64,000 bases of DNA from an uncultured Stenotrophomonas sp. (GTDB taxonomy: Bacteria > Pseudomonadota > Gammaproteobacteria > Xanthomonadales > Xanthomonadaceae), in NCBI RefSeq assembly GCF_913775725.1, contig NZ_CAJYNG010000014.1; one strand, given 5' to 3'. Numbering within the stretch: the stretch's first letter is position 1; every line of letters starts with the position of its first letter. Below are positions 8,123-17,141 of this stretch, in pieces. The translations under genes were made by a program, and so were the position numbers. Below the pieces are notes generated by a model, which made no database searches, was not told the DNA's origin, and saw only the letters and a list, made by a program, of their open reading frames with translations.

Positions 8123-8830
8123 ATGAATCTTCCCAACGACCACATCGTCAAGAGCTACGACGAAGAGCAGCAGCGCCTGGTGGCCGAGATCGTGCGCATG
8201 GGCGAGATGGCCGTCGCCCAGCTCGAAGCCGCGATGGACGTGATCGAGAAGCGCGACGAAAACGCCGCCCATCGCATCATCGCCAACGACGAAGCGATTG
8301 ATGCGCTTGAGCAGCAGATCAGCCACGACGTGATGCGCCTGGCACTGCGTGGCCCGATGGCGCGTGACCTGCGCGAGATCCTGGCGGGCCTGCGCATCCC
8401 GGCCGACATCGAACGCATCGGCGACTATGCAGCGAACGTGGCCAAGCGTTCGATCGCGCTGGGCAAGGTGCCGCCGCTGCCGCAGATCCAGGGCTTGCGT
8501 GCGCTGGGCCGCCTGGCCGCGCAGCAGGTGCGCCGCGCCATTGCCGCCTACCGCGACAACGACGCCGATGCCGCGCTGGAACTGCGCGAGGACGACGCCC
8601 GCCTGGACGCGCAGTACACCGCGCTGTTCCGCGAGCTGCTGACCTACATGATGGAAGACCCGCGCAACATCACCCCGTGCACGCACCTGCTGTTCATGGC
8701 CAAGAACCTGGAGCGCGTGGGTGACCACGCCACCAACATCGCCGAGAACGTGTGGTTCCTGGTGCACGGCGAGCAGCCGCTGCCGCCGCGTGAAAAGCGC
8801 GACGAGACCTCCAGCACCGGGCAGCCCTGA
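8123..8830 (+). CDS. phoU: phosphate signalling regulator PhoU
   Basis: 235-aa protein with two PhoU repeats, each carrying the E(R/N)xGD motif (ADIERIGDYAANV and AKNLERVGDHATNI). It sits in the pst operon position. Confidence 0.93.
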   Translation: MNLPNDHIVKSYDEEQQRLVAEIVRMGEMAVAQLEAAMDVIEKRDENAAHRIIANDEAIDALEQQISHDVMRLALRGPMARDLREILAGLRIPADIERIGDYAANVAKRSIALGKVPPLPQIQGLRALGRLAAQQVRRAIAAYRDNDADAALELREDDARLDAQYTALFRELLTYMMEDPRNITPCTHLLFMAKNLERVGDHATNIAENVWFLVHGEQPLPPREKRDETSSTGQP

Positions 8831-8864
8831 CGCTGCACTGCAACACCGGAGTTGACTCCAAGGT

Positions 8865-8899
8865 GGCCGCTGTCCTGGTGACAGCGGCCTTCTTTTTTT
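8865..8899 (+). terminator. intrinsic terminator of the pst-phoU operon
   Basis: Stem ggccgctgt (8865-8873) pairs with acagcggcc (8881-8889), followed by ttcttttttt. Confidence 0.85.
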
Positions 8900-9089
8900 G
8901 AGGTGTTCCACCCGCATTGTGGGCGCCGGGCTTGCCCGGCGCGAACCCGCCGGATGCTTCTGTAACAAACCTCACGAAAATTTGAGGTCTTGGCGAGGAT
9001 TCGTTGAGTAGGATCGCTGCACCATCGATTCCACCGGCACCCCTGCCGGCCACCCGGGCACCCGCCCACACCACCCAGGAGCACGACCG

Positions 9090-9446
9090 ATGAGCAGTTC
9101 CAACAAGACCCTGTCCCTGCTGACTGCTACCGCCCTGGCCGCCGGCCTGGGCATGACCGCCAGTGCCTCGGCGCTGAGCATGAGCGACCTGGCCCAGGGC
9201 TATCTGGTGGCCGGCCAGGCGGCCAAGGCCAGCACCGATGCCAAGGCAGCGGATACCAGGATGGCCGCTGACGCGACCAAGCACGCCGAAGGCAAATGTG
9301 GTGCCGATGGCAAGAGTGCCGAAGGCAAGTGCGGCGCCGACAAGGGCAAGGCTGCCGGTGCTGCGGCAGGCGCCAAGGCCAAGACCGGCGACAAGAAGTC
9401 GGCCGAGGGCAAGTGCGGCGAAGGCAAGTGCGGTGCCAAGCACTGA
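9090..9446 (+). CDS. Sec-exported RiPP precursor peptide with four EGKCG motifs (HvfA/bufferin-like metallophore precursor)
   Basis: AGGAG RBS at 9077-9081. Signal peptide [28 protein letters not shown]. The Ala/Lys/Gly-rich core carries Cys70, Cys81, Cys109 and Cys114, each inside EGKCG. A DUF692/DUF2063/DoxX gene set follows immediately. Confidence 0.8.
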   Translation: MSSSNKTLSLLTATALAAGLGMTASASALSMSDLAQGYLVAGQAAKASTDAKAADTRMAADATKHAEGKCGADGKSAEGKCGADKGKAAGAAAGAKAKTGDKKSAEGKCGEGKCGAKH

Positions 9447-10308
9447 CGTCCGCGCCAGCGCCGTCCACCTGCGGTCGCCGCTTCATGCGGCGGCCGCCGG
9501 GTTGGGGCTGCGCAGGGCGCTGCTGCAGGATCTGCGCGATGCACCGGCCGGCGACTTCGATTTCCTCGAATGCGCGCCGGAGAACTGGATTCACGTCGGC
9601 GGTCCCGCCGGTGATGCACTGGCCGAACTGGCGCAGCGCCATCCGTTGAGTTGCCACGGCCTGTCGTTGTCGCTGGGCGGCAGCACGCCACTGGATACGC
9701 AGCTGCTGGAACAGGTCGGCCAGTTCCTGGAAAAGCACCGTGTGCCGCTGTACAGCGAGCACCTGAGCTACTGCAGCGACGACGGTCACCTGTACGACCT
9801 GCTGCCGATTCCGTTCACCGACGAAGCGGTGCGCCATACCGCCGCGCGCATCGCCCGCGTGCAGGACCTGCTGGGTCGCCGCATCGCGGTGGAGAATGTG
9901 TCCTACTACCTGGCACCGGAACCGGCAATGGACGAACTGGCCTTCACCAATGCCGTGCTCGCCGAGGCCGACTGCGACCTGTTGCTGGACGTCAACAACG
10001 TCTACGTCAACGCCTGCAACCATGGCTACGACGCCGACACCTTCATTGCCGGGCTGCCCGCAGAGCGCATCGTCTGCCTGCACGTGGCCGGGCACCTGGA
10101 CGAGGCACCGGACCTGAAGATCGATACCCATGGCAGCGCGGTGATCGATCCCGTCTGGGACCTGCTGGCGCGTACCTACGCGCGCATCGGCCCGCGCCCC
10201 ACCCTGCTCGAACGCGATTTCAATTTCCCGCCCTATGCAGAACTGCAGGGCGAACTGCAGACCATCCGCCGCCTGCAGGCCGCGCACGCCGGGGCTGCAC
10301 ATGGCTGA
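9433..10308 (+). CDS. DUF692 / MNIO-family (multinuclear non-haem iron oxidative) peptide-modifying enzyme, MbnB/HvfB/BufB-like
   Basis: The frame-1 ORF (track 9238..10308) has no ATG after the precursor gene. GTG 9433 (overlapping the precursor by 14 nt, with aagg upstream) or TTG 9502 are the candidate starts. DUF692-like blocks are present: [73 protein letters not shown]. The 5' end is uncertain. Confidence 0.8.
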   Translation: MPSTDVRASAVHLRSPLHAAAAGLGLRRALLQDLRDAPAGDFDFLECAPENWIHVGGPAGDALAELAQRHPLSCHGLSLSLGGSTPLDTQLLEQVGQFLEKHRVPLYSEHLSYCSDDGHLYDLLPIPFTDEAVRHTAARIARVQDLLGRRIAVENVSYYLAPEPAMDELAFTNAVLAEADCDLLLDVNNVYVNACNHGYDADTFIAGLPAERIVCLHVAGHLDEAPDLKIDTHGSAVIDPVWDLLARTYARIGPRPTLLERDFNFPPYAELQGELQTIRRLQAAHAGAAHG

Positions 10309-11056
10309 CGCCACCGACACCCTGCGTGCGCAGCAGCACGCGTTCACTGCCCATCTGCGCGATCCGGAGGGCGTGCCGCCACCGGCCGGCCTGGAGCCAC
10401 GCCGGGTGGCGGTGTACCAACGGCTGCTGTTCAACAATCTGCTCGGCCTGTTGAGCAACGGCTTCCCGGTCTGCGTGCGCCTGCTTGGCGAACCGGCCTG
10501 GAGCATGCTGGTACGCCACTACTTCGCCACCCATCGCTGCCAGACACCGCTGTTCACCGAACTGGCCGCCGAGTTCGTGCAGTGGCTGCAGGTGCAGCCG
10601 CAGCTGCCGCATCCGGCGCTGGCCGAACTGGCCCACTACGAGTGGGTGGAAACCGCGCTGTACCAGCTTCCTGCCGAGCAGCTGCCGGTGCCAGGTGACA
10701 TCGACCCGCTGCGGGTGCCGCTGCAGCGCTCGCCGCTGGCGTGGCCTCTGCTGTACCAGTGGCCGGTGCACCGGCTCGGCGCCGAGGACGCACCGTCACA
10801 ACCGCCGGCCGAACCCACCGGCCTGCTGGTCCGCCGCGAGGCCGATGGCGAGGTGCGCTTTGCCGTACTCAGCCCGCTGGCGGTGTACCTGCTGTCCAGC
10901 ATCGGGGAACACCCCGGCCTTGATGGTCATGCCTACCTGCAGCGCCTGGCCGCCGCGCACGGCCTGGCCGAGGACGCGCTGGCCGTACCCGGTGCTGCGC
11001 TGCTGCAGCAGTTCCTGCAGGCCGGCGTGATCGGCCCGCTCGCAGTCCCCAGCTGA
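10301..11056 (+). CDS. DUF2063-family partner protein (MbnC/HvfC/BufC-like substrate-recognition subunit)
   Basis: ATG 10301 overlaps the upstream stop (ATGGCTGA). The N-terminus ...[15 protein letters not shown]...[16 protein letters not shown] is typical of DUF2063 as I remember it. This family is almost always encoded directly after DUF692. Confidence 0.8.
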   Translation: MADATDTLRAQQHAFTAHLRDPEGVPPPAGLEPRRVAVYQRLLFNNLLGLLSNGFPVCVRLLGEPAWSMLVRHYFATHRCQTPLFTELAAEFVQWLQVQPQLPHPALAELAHYEWVETALYQLPAEQLPVPGDIDPLRVPLQRSPLAWPLLYQWPVHRLGAEDAPSQPPAEPTGLLVRREADGEVRFAVLSPLAVYLLSSIGEHPGLDGHAYLQRLAAAHGLAEDALAVPGAALLQQFLQAGVIGPLAVPS

Positions 11057-11081
11057 CGCCCCTTTCCCCGGAGAACCGCCG

Positions 11082-11618
11082 ATGAACCTCCCGACCCTGG
11101 CCACCGCGCGCGGCCAGCTGGACCGTCTCGCCCCCTGGTTGGCCCCGCTCGGGCTTCGCCTGCTGCTGGCCTGGGAGTACTTCGAATCCGGCCGCGAGAA
11201 ACTGCACGGCCAGAACTGGTTCGCCGACCTGCAGGACGCCTTTCCGTTCCCGTTCGACCAGCTGCCGGCCACCCTGAACTGGCAGCTCGCCACGTGGTTC
11301 GAACTGATCGGCGCGGCCTGCCTGCTGGTTGGCTTCGGCACCCGGTTTGCCGCGGCCAGCCTGCTGGTACTGACTATTGTGGCCACCTATGCGGTGCATT
11401 GGCCGATGGAGTGGAACTCGCTGTCTGACCTCGCCATGGGCTACGCGATCACTGACCAGGGCTTCGGCAACTTCAAGCTGCCGGTGCTGTTCATGGCGAT
11501 GTTGCTGCCACTGATCTTCACCGGCGCCGGCAAGCTGAGTGTGGATGCGTGGTTGGCGCGCGCCGTGCCAACCAAGGTTGGCACCTACCGGAATCCTGAA
11601 CGTGCGGTGCTCCGGTAG
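11082..11618 (+). CDS. DoxX-family integral membrane protein (fourth gene of the operon)
   Basis: GGAGAA RBS. It has four hydrophobic segments in a DoxX-like layout ([13 protein letters not shown]..., [50 protein letters not shown]). The last ~17 codons and the TAG stop lie inside repeat elements. Confidence 0.75.
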   Translation: MNLPTLATARGQLDRLAPWLAPLGLRLLLAWEYFESGREKLHGQNWFADLQDAFPFPFDQLPATLNWQLATWFELIGAACLLVGFGTRFAAASLLVLTIVATYAVHWPMEWNSLSDLAMGYAITDQGFGNFKLPVLFMAMLLPLIFTGAGKLSVDAWLARAVPTKVGTYRNPERAVLR

Positions 11619-11638
11619 GTGTCGACCTTGGTCGACAC
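11565..11638. repeat. inverted pair of GTAG-type palindromic repeats (GTGCCAACC/GGTTGGCAC and GTGTCGACC/GGTCGACAC stems)
   Basis: Units gtgccaaccaaggttggcacCTACcgg (11565-11591) and ccgGTAGgtgtcgaccttggtcgacac (11612-11638). The same family occurs at 22927, 22977, 24479, 24515, 24552, 38443, 38471 and 44770. Confidence 0.85.
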
Positions 11639-11699
11639 ACGCCCGCGCAGGGAACCCGTGCACCGCAGGCTGGCCGGGCGCTCAGGGTCGCTCTGCTAG

Positions 11700-12359
<660 letters not shown>

Positions 12360-12371
12360 GCCATCGCATTC

Positions 12372-12445
12372 TGTAGAGCCGAGCCATGCTCGGCTGCGCC
12401 TTTTGCCGTGCTGTCGCGCGGTAGTCGAGCATGGCTCGACTCTAC
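12372..12445. repeat. two SMAG-type repeats downstream of rnt
   Basis: Units tGTAGagccgagccatgctcggct (12372-12395) and GTAGtcgagcatggctcgactCTAC (12421-12445). Confidence 0.85.
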
Positions 12446-12521
12446 AGGCCGGCGTCGTTCCATCGATGCATGGCGGCGAATCAAGCGTGCACGAGTAAAT
12501 CCACGCCACGCGTGGATGCGA

Positions 12522-15500
12522 TCAACCAATACTCGTGCGGTCGCGGCCGTCGCTCTTGGCGCGGTACAGCGCGCGGTCTGCGCGCTGGTACAGCAGCGCC
12601 GGGGTGCGGTCGTCGGCATCCAGCTCCACCAGGCCCGCGCTGAAGGTCACGCGCAGGCCGTCCACATCGGCCCAGTCGGGGTGGTCATGGAACAGGCCGC
12701 GCAGGCGCGCGCACAGCTGTGCGGCTTCCTCCAGGCGGGTGTCGTTGAGCAGCAGCGCGAACTCTTCGCCACCGGTCCGCGCCGGCAGGTCCGAATCGCG
12801 GCTGGCGGCGGCGATCAGCCTCGCCACCTGCACCAGCACGGCATCACCGATGCTGTGGCTGTGGCGGTCGTTGACGTCCTTGAAGTGGTCGATATCCAGC
12901 ACCACCAGGCACAGCGGATGGCCACTGCGCTGCGAACGCGCAAAGTCGCGGGCCAGCGTTTCATCGAAGGCACGGCGGTTGGCCAGGCCGGTCAGCGCAT
13001 CCTCGCGGGCCTGCCGTTCGAAGGCCTCGGCCTGGCGTGCCAGGCGCTCGGCCAGTTCGGTCTTTTCCTGGTTCAGCGCCTGCAGGTGCACGGTCTTGGC
13101 CTGCAGGTCGAACGTGGCCTCGTCCACCCGCCGCGCCAGGCGCAGGTTGCTGGCCTTCAGCTGCTGCAGCAGCAGGCGGTACAGCGCCACCAGCCCGGCC
13201 AGCAGCAACAGTCCACCCAGCATCTGCACACTGCGTCGCTGCCACCAGAACGGCTCCACGGTGAAGCTCCATACCGCTTCCTGCTGGCCCCAGCTGCCAC
13301 TCGGATGGGCAGCGGCCACGTGCAGGGTGTAGTCGCCCGGCGGCAGGCCGACGAACTCCACGCTGCGCTGCGGGCCGCGTTCGACCCACCCTGCATCCAG
13401 GCCGTCCAGCCGCGTGCGGTAGCGGATCCGGTCAGACATCAGGTAGCTCAGGCCGACATAGCTCACCGTCAACCGGCGGCCGCCGGGAATGTAGTTGCGG
13501 TCCGGGCCTTCCCAATGCACCGGCGCGCCATCCACCTGCACGCTTTCAATCGCTGCCGGCGGTGAAAGGCGCTCGCGGAAGCGCTGCAGGCGTTGCGGGT
13601 CGACGGTGCTCAGTCCTCCGGCGGTGACCACCCAGAACGTGCCGTCCTGGCGCAGGATCGCCGATGGCCCAGAGCTGCCGTTGGCCTGCGCGTTGGCCAT
13701 GCCGTCGATCTCGTTGTAGCGCTCCACCGCCACCCGCGGCGCGCGGCCATCGGCCACGGCGTTGAGGGTGGCCATGTCGGTGCGGAGCACACCGCGGTTG
13801 CTGCTGATCCACACATTGCCAAGGCGGTCCGGCACCAGCTGGAACACCGCATCCACCGGCATGCCCTGCTCCAGGCCCACCCGCGCCAGCGTGCCGTTCC
13901 GCCAGCGGTACAGGCCACGGTCGCTGCTGATCCACATCGCGTCGCCCAACTGGTGGAAACCGAACACACTGCGGCCGCCGCCCAGCGGCGCCAGGTCGAT
14001 CGACTGCACGTGGTCGCCGCGCAGCACGCGGATTCCCTCGATGGTGCCGATCCACAGGTTGCCCTGATGATCGTGCTCTAGCGCGGTGATCAGGCCGCCG
14101 GGCATGCCCGGGACGTTCGACACCTGCACGCGGTCGCCGTCGATGCGGACCACGCCCTTCTGCGTGCCGGCCCAGACCACGCCCTGCGGGTCCACGCTGA
14201 TCGCGCGGATGTTGCCACCCGGCATGCCATCGGCGGCGGCATAGTTGTGCCGCAGCCGGCCATCGCGGCCAAGACGGTAGACGCCATCGCCGAACGTTCC
14301 AACCCACAGGTCACCGTCCGGGCCCTGCGCCAGGCTGAGCACCGAAGGTGCCTTGCCGCCGCGGTTGTGCAGCGGCATCGCGCGGAAGCGGCCATCGGCG
14401 GTCTGCAGGTCGAGGCCGCTGGCGCTGCCGACCCACAGCTGGCGGTCGCGGTCCTCGAACACGGTGCGCACATAGTCGCCACTGAGGCCATCGCGCTCGG
14501 TGTAGCTGCTGAACAGTGTTTCGCGCAGGCGGTACAGGCCGCCGTTGGCGCCCACCCAGATGCTGCCCTCGGCGTCCTCGCGCAGGCTGACCACGCGGCC
14601 ACCCGGCAGGTTCAGGCCCGCCGGCAGCCGCTCCAGGCCATGTGCGGAGATGCGCAGCAGGCCCTGGTTCTCGGTGCCCAGCCACAGGTCACCGTGGCGG
14701 TCCTGCAGCATCGAGGTCATGTGCAGCTGCCCCGGCAGGCGGTGCATCAACACCAGCTGGTCATCTTCCACCCGGTACAGGCGCTCGCCGGCGATGATCC
14801 ACAGCGCGCCATCCGGCGCACGGTACGGCCACGACAGGCCACTGCCGGCGCCCAGCCCCCACGCCGCCGGCGCCCGCTTGAGCACGCCGTCGTTGTCGCG
14901 CAGCACCAGTCCATCGAGGGTGCCGGCCCAGACCCGGTCCTGCGCATCGACCACCAGCTTGGTGAAGCTCATCGCCATCGGCAGATCGGCGGCCGGAGCC
15001 TGGTAGACGATGCCGGTGTCCGGCGTCAGATAACCGATGCCCTTGCCTTCATACAGCAGCCACAGGCGGCCCTGGCTGTCCATCTGCATGGACTGGATCA
15101 GTACCTGCGGGGTATCGGCCTGGTGTTCCCAGACACGCCACTGGCCATCATTGCCACGGTGGCTGACGTTGCCGCGCGAATCACTGATCCACAGCCCGCC
15201 CTGGCGGTCGACGAACAGCGCACCGATGCCGTTGTCGCGCAGGCCCGGGCGGGTGCTGCGGTCGAACACGGTGAAATCGAGGCCGTTGTAACGCACCAGG
15301 CCTTCCCAGGTGGCGAACCAGAGGTGGCCTTCGGGGGTCTGCGCGATATCGCGCAGCGAGTTGTGTGGCAGGCCGTTGCGCGACGTCCATACATCGATGG
15401 CGTAGTCGCGCAGCGGCGGAGCCCCCTCCTGCGCTGCCACCGGCAGTGCAAGGGCCAGCAGCAGCCACAGCAGCCCCTGCCGCAGCGCCCGCCTGAATCC

Positions 15501-15548
15501 CGATACGTGGCACTCCACCCAGCGCCCGTTGCCCCCCTGTCCGCGCAT
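12522..15548 (-). CDS. sensor diguanylate cyclase: periplasmic two-component-regulator-propeller/Y_Y_Y-type sensor, TM helix, coiled coil, GGDEF domain
   Basis: 1008 aa with a signal/TM at the N-terminus. It has many W-x-G-T/LW-I-G propeller repeats (DLWLGT, SIWVGA, QLWVGS, DLWVGT, VVWAGT, NLWIGT), one TM (MLGGLLLLAGLVALY), and then a GGDEF domain with GGEEF and an RDSD I-site 5 residues upstream. Confidence 0.88.
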   Translation of the reverse strand: MRGQGGNGRWVECHVSGFRRALRQGLLWLLLALALPVAAQEGAPPLRDYAIDVWTSRNGLPHNSLRDIAQTPEGHLWFATWEGLVRYNGLDFTVFDRSTRPGLRDNGIGALFVDRQGGLWISDSRGNVSHRGNDGQWRVWEHQADTPQVLIQSMQMDSQGRLWLLYEGKGIGYLTPDTGIVYQAPAADLPMAMSFTKLVVDAQDRVWAGTLDGLVLRDNDGVLKRAPAAWGLGAGSGLSWPYRAPDGALWIIAGERLYRVEDDQLVLMHRLPGQLHMTSMLQDRHGDLWLGTENQGLLRISAHGLERLPAGLNLPGGRVVSLREDAEGSIWVGANGGLYRLRETLFSSYTERDGLSGDYVRTVFEDRDRQLWVGSASGLDLQTADGRFRAMPLHNRGGKAPSVLSLAQGPDGDLWVGTFGDGVYRLGRDGRLRHNYAAADGMPGGNIRAISVDPQGVVWAGTQKGVVRIDGDRVQVSNVPGMPGGLITALEHDHQGNLWIGTIEGIRVLRGDHVQSIDLAPLGGGRSVFGFHQLGDAMWISSDRGLYRWRNGTLARVGLEQGMPVDAVFQLVPDRLGNVWISSNRGVLRTDMATLNAVADGRAPRVAVERYNEIDGMANAQANGSSGPSAILRQDGTFWVVTAGGLSTVDPQRLQRFRERLSPPAAIESVQVDGAPVHWEGPDRNYIPGGRRLTVSYVGLSYLMSDRIRYRTRLDGLDAGWVERGPQRSVEFVGLPPGDYTLHVAAAHPSGSWGQQEAVWSFTVEPFWWQRRSVQMLGGLLLLAGLVALYRLLLQQLKASNLRLARRVDEATFDLQAKTVHLQALNQEKTELAERLARQAEAFERQAREDALTGLANRRAFDETLARDFARSQRSGHPLCLVVLDIDHFKDVNDRHSHSIGDAVLVQVARLIAAASRDSDLPARTGGEEFALLLNDTRLEEAAQLCARLRGLFHDHPDWADVDGLRVTFSAGLVELDADDRTPALLYQRADRALYRAKSDGRDRTSIG

Positions 15549-15725
15549 CAGTGCAGCGGCGGTGGCCAGATGCAGCCGCCGGACCAGGCAGCATGCGGGA
15601 ACGGCCGGGCAGCGCGGAACGGCATGCCGGCGGGAACAGGCTGGCTCATCGACGGAAAACTGGGGAGTTGCGCAGATGATAGGCCAAACCCCGGCCCTGG
15701 CGTCACCGTTGGCTGGCGGGCGGAC

Positions 15726-17135
15726 TCAGCCAGCCCGGCCCGGGGGCACCACCTGCGCGCTGGCCGGCCACTGCACTACCGCCTCCAGCCCGCCTTCGGC
15801 GCGGTTGCGCAGCCACAGGCGAGCGCCGTCCTTCTCGGCCAGTGCGCGGGCGATGGTCAGGCCCAGCCCGGCGCCGCCGGTTTCGCGCGAACGCGAGGTC
15901 TCCACCCGCACGAACGGGTCGAACACGGCTTCCAGCTGATCCTCGGCCAGGCCGGGGCCGTCGTCGGCCACCACCACGGTGATCGCGCCGCCACTGCGCT
16001 CGACCCGTACCCGCACCCGGTAGGCATACATCACCGCGTTGTCCACCAGGTTGGAAAACAGGCGGTGCATGGCCAGCGGACGCAACATCAACACCGCTCC
16101 GCTGCCCCCTTCGAAGACGACATCACCGCCGCCCTCGGCGGTGTCTTCAACGATGCTCTCCAGCAGCGAATCCAGGTCCAGTGCGGCACGCTGCTCGGCG
16201 CTCTCAGCACTGCGCGCCAGCTCCAGGCCTTCGCGCACCAACGCCTGCATCGCGGCCAGATCGCCGATCAGGCGCTCGCGCAGTACCTCGTCGCTGACGT
16301 TTTCCAGGCGCAGGCGCAGGCGGGTCAGCGGCGTCTGCAGGTCATGGGTGATCGCCGCCAGCATCTGCGTGCGCTCGGCCAGATGCCGCTGCAGGCGGTG
16401 CTGCATGGCGTTGAAGGCTTCGGCGGCACGCTGCACCTCGCGCGGCCCGCGCAGGGGCAAGGGATCGCGCTGCAGGTCGTCGCCAAGGTCCTCGGCGGCA
16501 GCGGCCAGTTCCTGCAGCGGCGCGCTGGCCATGCGCGCGACGATGTACGCCAGCACCGCAATCGCCAGCACCAGCAGGGTCAGGAACCATGGATCCACGG
16601 CAAGAATGCCGTTGTGCGCCACGGCCGGTGAATCCAGTGCCAGCTTGAGCAGCGTGCCGTCGTTGAGGGTCACGTCGACCGCACGGCACTTGGGCGGGAT
16701 GAACGCCGGATCACGTTCGCGCGGATGCCGGCGGTGCCCGGGCGGCGGTGGCGGCAGCAGATCCTGCAGCTTGGGAATGCACGAGCGGAACGAAGCAAAG
16801 TGCACGTGGGCGCGGGATACCGGCCCCGGACGGTCTTCCAGTACTTCCATCAGCGCGGTGTCGGCACGTCCCAGCCGAGCACCCGGCTGCAGCGCACGCA
16901 CGCTCGGCCCGCCGATCTCGAGCAGGCGCTCGCGCAGCTCCGGATTGCCATCGAGCAGGTTGACGTAGCCCTGCAGGCGATCGGCGATGCGGTTCAGGTT
17001 CTGCCGTTCGAACTCCTGCTGGCGCTTGGAGGTGGCCAGCATGGTCGCGCCGATCGCGGCCACGCTCATGCCCAGCAGCAGGATCACGAACAACCGCCCG
17101 ACCATCGAGGACAGGAAATGGCGCAGGCGCTTCAT
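15726..17135 (-). CDS. sensor histidine kinase (EnvZ/OmpR-class: 2 TM, HAMP, HisKA, HATPase_c)
   Basis: H-box ITHDLQTPLTRL, N-box LFSNLVDNAVMYA, G-boxes DDGPGL and GGAGLGLTIA. It lies directly downstream of an OmpR-type response regulator. Confidence 0.9.
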   Translation of the reverse strand: MKRLRHFLSSMVGRLFVILLLGMSVAAIGATMLATSKRQQEFERQNLNRIADRLQGYVNLLDGNPELRERLLEIGGPSVRALQPGARLGRADTALMEVLEDRPGPVSRAHVHFASFRSCIPKLQDLLPPPPPGHRRHPRERDPAFIPPKCRAVDVTLNDGTLLKLALDSPAVAHNGILAVDPWFLTLLVLAIAVLAYIVARMASAPLQELAAAAEDLGDDLQRDPLPLRGPREVQRAAEAFNAMQHRLQRHLAERTQMLAAITHDLQTPLTRLRLRLENVSDEVLRERLIGDLAAMQALVREGLELARSAESAEQRAALDLDSLLESIVEDTAEGGGDVVFEGGSGAVLMLRPLAMHRLFSNLVDNAVMYAYRVRVRVERSGGAITVVVADDGPGLAEDQLEAVFDPFVRVETSRSRETGGAGLGLTIARALAEKDGARLWLRNRAEGGLEAVVQWPASAQVVPPGRAG

Positions 17136-17141
17136 CGAGGC

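Noticed and set aside
9238-9432. 5' extension of the DUF692 ORF overlapping the precursor gene in another frame.
   Set aside because: The extension is Arg/Pro/Ala-rich, and DUF692 similarity only begins near GLGLR. It is therefore treated as an open frame and not as coding sequence.
14247-16631. 794-aa plus-strand ORF.
   Set aside because: It runs antisense across both the GGDEF sensor and the histidine kinase genes. A real gene would not ignore the boundary between them.
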